From: an uncultured Planctomycetia bacterium
GTDB taxonomy: Bacteria > Omnitrophota > Gorgyraeia > 1-14-0-20-64-10
Reading direction: 5' to 3'
Length of the DNA: 60,268 nucleotides
Assembly (NCBI GenBank): GCA_964597545.1
Contig: CAZQXN010000011.1
Coordinates: 1-60,268 of the forward strand
The notes beneath the pieces are model-generated. The model searched no databases. It was not told the DNA's origin and worked only from the letters and a program-made list of their open reading frames with translations. Below, one piece after another: positions 58,212-60,268 of this stretch (position 1 is the stretch's first letter; each line of letters begins with the position of its first letter). The translations under genes and the position numbers were made by a program.

Positions 58212-59622
58212 TAATTAAGGGAGCCTTTTTCCCCCTCTTTTGAGGCTCGACAATCGCAGCCACATGCCCATCGCGGGCAATCTCGGCATGCGTCTCCTCA
58301 CCCATGCACCAAATTTCCTTTTCAAAGGCCCCCTGGCCATAGGCATTGCGGTAGGCGCGCACCCCTGCGGGGCTGACAAAGTAGATCACATCGTGTCCCT
58401 GCAGTGACCGCCCCAAACCAGGGTGCGGCGCCACCTGATCCAACGCAAGGCAGATGACGTCACAGCCGCGCTGCTGAATTCCCTCTGCCAATCCTCGAGG
58501 AAGGTGACTGCCCTGAACCAGGAGCACGGAGCTTTCCGGCCTCCACTGGAGCGCCTTGAGGATGCCGCCGGCCCCTGGTCGGGCTACAGTGACATCGGCA
58601 TGCAGCCCCCACTCCGCCAGCTTCTCAGCAACCCCCTCACCGGCAACCGCGATCTTTGTTTTGGAAAAGATTCGTCCGTCCCATCCAGAGGCCTCGAGGG
58701 CCGTCAACAATGAGGTCACACCCAACCGGTTCGTAAAGATCGTCCAATGGTAAATCGCCTCCTCAAGTTTGCGGATCACCTCTGGCAGAAGCTGATAACC
58801 GGCTTCCCGGCGCTTGACCTCAAGCGCAGGCCAGTGGATGAGATCTCCGAGTATCCGAAAATTGCTGGGGTCCAAACCGGTAAAGAGGATGCGCGGCTTA
58901 TCCGACAAGGCCGGATGGAAAGCGGCTGCGGGCCCGACAACCAGTATGCCGGGGGATGCAATCTGTTCTTGCTGTGCCAAAGCAAACATCTGAGCCAGCG
59001 GGCCTGTGATTCGCCGTTCCCACGGCAGTGTGGCTCGCTCAACAACCGCAGCAGGGGTATCGGGCAGCCAGCCATCGGCAAGCAATTTCTCGACGACCTC
59101 TGCCAACACGGCGATCCCCATCAATACGACCAGGTTGTCGGCCCGGGGATAGGAGTGGGTCACTTCCCCGCCGGCCCCTCTGGCGCTGACCACAGCAAAA
59201 GAGCGGCTTTCACCGCGCCGCGTCAGGGGCAAGGAAGCGGCTGCCGGACCTGCGGTAAAAGAGCTGATTCCCGGCATAAACTCGCAGGGGATTCCGCGCG
59301 CCGAGAGAAACTCTGCCTCTTCCCCTCCCCGACCAAACACCAAGGGATCCCCTGCCTTGAGGCGCACCACCGTTTTTCCCTCATGCGCCGCAGCCCCCAT
59401 GAGATGATTGATCTCATCCTGGCGCTTGTGCTGCTCGTCGGCACCCAGCCACTCAATCACCTTGCCCCGAACAGAAATGCCCAGCTCGTCCAAAAACGAA
59501 CTGGGCAGTAAAGCATCCATGATGATCAGATCCGCGCGCCGCAAACAGGATTTCCCGCGCAGGGTGATTAGATCCGCGGCACCCGGACCGGCACCCACAA
59601 AATAGACCCTTCCCGTGCTCAA
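58198..59622 (-). CDS. Uroporphyrinogen-III C-methyltransferase fused to a uroporphyrinogen-III synthase-like domain (CobA/HemD fusion)
   Basis: 474 aa. The N-terminal half has VYFVGAGPGAADLITLRG...GDPLVFGRGGEE (tetrapyrrole methylase). The C-terminal roughly 230 aa are HemD-like by length and pattern (RILFTG...). Confidence 0.75.
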   Translation of the reverse strand: MSTGRVYFVGAGPGAADLITLRGKSCLRRADLIIMDALLPSSFLDELGISVRGKVIEWLGADEQHKRQDEINHLMGAAAHEGKTVVRLKAGDPLVFGRGGEEAEFLSARGIPCEFMPGISSFTAGPAAASLPLTRRGESRSFAVVSARGAGGEVTHSYPRADNLVVLMGIAVLAEVVEKLLADGWLPDTPAAVVERATLPWERRITGPLAQMFALAQQEQIASPGILVVGPAAAFHPALSDKPRILFTGLDPSNFRILGDLIHWPALEVKRREAGYQLLPEVIRKLEEAIYHWTIFTNRLGVTSLLTALEASGWDGRIFSKTKIAVAGEGVAEKLAEWGLHADVTVARPGAGGILKALQWRPESSVLLVQGSHLPRGLAEGIQQRGCDVICLALDQVAPHPGLGRSLQGHDVIYFVSPAGVRAYRNAYGQGAFEKEIWCMGEETHAEIARDGHVAAIVEPQKRGKKAPLIRGAS

Positions 59623-59634
59623 CGAAACCCTCTG

Positions 59635-60153
59635 CTAACGGCGCAGCTTCAAGGAGGCAATGCGGTCCCGCGCCCGCCTGGAAGCACCGCAGTCCCGCCC
59701 GTCGGAATGAACGGCAACTGTGAGCCCACCGCCTCTGTGCACGGCAGGAAAAATCACCCGGGAAGACCGCCCGGGCGAAACCACACAGGAAAGAATCTTC
59801 TGGGCGTCAGCCGCTTTGCCCACGCGCACATTGAGGCTGGGGTCATCGGTGGCTGCAACGACAAAGCGGTATCCCTGAAGGTGCCTCGGGGCATACCGGG
59901 CCTCTTTCCATGTGATTCGGCCCTTCCGAATGAGCTGGCGCAACTGCCCAGACACCTGGGGAGACAGTACCGTGATGCGCGCTCCACCCTTCAAGAGGAT
60001 TGCGGTTTTACGGGTTCCCTGACGGCCTCCGCCGACCACCAAACAGCGCCATCCCGCCAGATCCAAACCCAACGGCACATAGCGGCGACCTGCACCGCTG
60101 CGCTTGCGGCGTTTACGAACTGTTGTGTTTGTATTACGGCGAACCGACGTCAT
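59635..60153 (-). CDS. Precorrin-2 dehydrogenase / sirohydrochlorin ferrochelatase (SirC / CysG N-terminal domain-like)
   Basis: 172 aa. The Rossmann segment CLVVGGGRQGTRKTAILLKGGARITVLSP is typical of the siroheme synthase N-domain. Adjacent to cobA/hemD. Confidence 0.65.
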   Translation of the reverse strand: MTSVRRNTNTTVRKRRKRSGAGRRYVPLGLDLAGWRCLVVGGGRQGTRKTAILLKGGARITVLSPQVSGQLRQLIRKGRITWKEARYAPRHLQGYRFVVAATDDPSLNVRVGKAADAQKILSCVVSPGRSSRVIFPAVHRGGGLTVAVHSDGRDCGASRRARDRIASLKLRR

Positions 60154-60217
60154 GGGATGTAAGCTTTATATTAGCGCGCTTAGGCTGTCTCTGTAACCGC
60201 TTCTTTACAAGATTGTG

Positions 60218-60268
60218 CAAGCAAAATTAAAATGTCCGGTTTTCAGCAAAGTTAAAATGTCCGGTTTT
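60218..60268. repeat. Tandem repeat of about 25 nt (two copies, cut by the window edge)
   Basis: caagcaaaaTTAAAATGTCCGGTTTT then cagcaaagTTAAAATGTCCGGTTTT. The 17-nt core is identical (60227-60243 and 60252-60268). Confidence 0.8.

Overview
A 60.3-kb chromosomal segment from a diderm (LPS-making) bacterium with roughly 55-60% GC. Almost every gene is on the minus strand and the genes are tightly packed. I cannot assign a taxon from the sequence alone.

Most of the window is housekeeping:
- serS, rtcB and archease, with tRNA-Ser(UGA) and tRNA-Lys(UUU)
- frr-pyrH-tsf-rpsB
- msbA and lpxB
- two tandem glutamine synthetases
- nadE
- a lipid A / outer-membrane block: lpxI, an lpxC-fabZ fusion, lpxD, skp, bamA
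- dnaB carrying a LAGLIDADG intein
- rplI-rpsR-ssb-rpsF-pth-rplY-prs-glmU-clpX
- siroheme genes

The accessory part is the most interesting.

1. Secretion module (19.3-39.9 kb). A complete T2SS-like operon (gspE-F-G, minor pseudopilins, K, an L-like PilM/N fusion, an M-like and a C/PilP-like protein, and a secretin) ends in a secretin with a fused C-terminal TonB_C-like domain. Directly upstream are two giant paralogous secreted subtilisin (S8) proteins of 1423 and 1988 aa, each carrying FG-GAP/VCBS repeats. The first also carries dockerin and PKD modules, the second seven Ig-like repeats. Each gene has its own sigma70-like promoter and a 5' leader that matches the c-di-GMP-I (GEMM-I) riboswitch core and ends in an intrinsic terminator. 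An orphan OmpR-type regulator with a degenerate receiver sits just upstream.

2. Mosaic gene (4.6-9.1 kb). A 1503-aa protein has a Sec-type signal peptide, two duplicated HemK/PrmC-like methyltransferase modules flanking a receiver domain, and six [T/A]GQEE motifs, five of which sit exactly at module junctions.

3. Structured RNA (4.29-4.41 kb). A roughly 120-nt candidate ncRNA (possibly a small SRP RNA) lies between tRNA-Lys and archease/rtcB. It repeats the last 14 nt of the tRNA and adds CCA.

4. Repeat families. Several short palindromic families are scattered through the window (GGGGTCWGACCCC, GGTACC-based elements, and a roughly 60-nt GGGAC-rich element). One is inserted in frame inside nadE.
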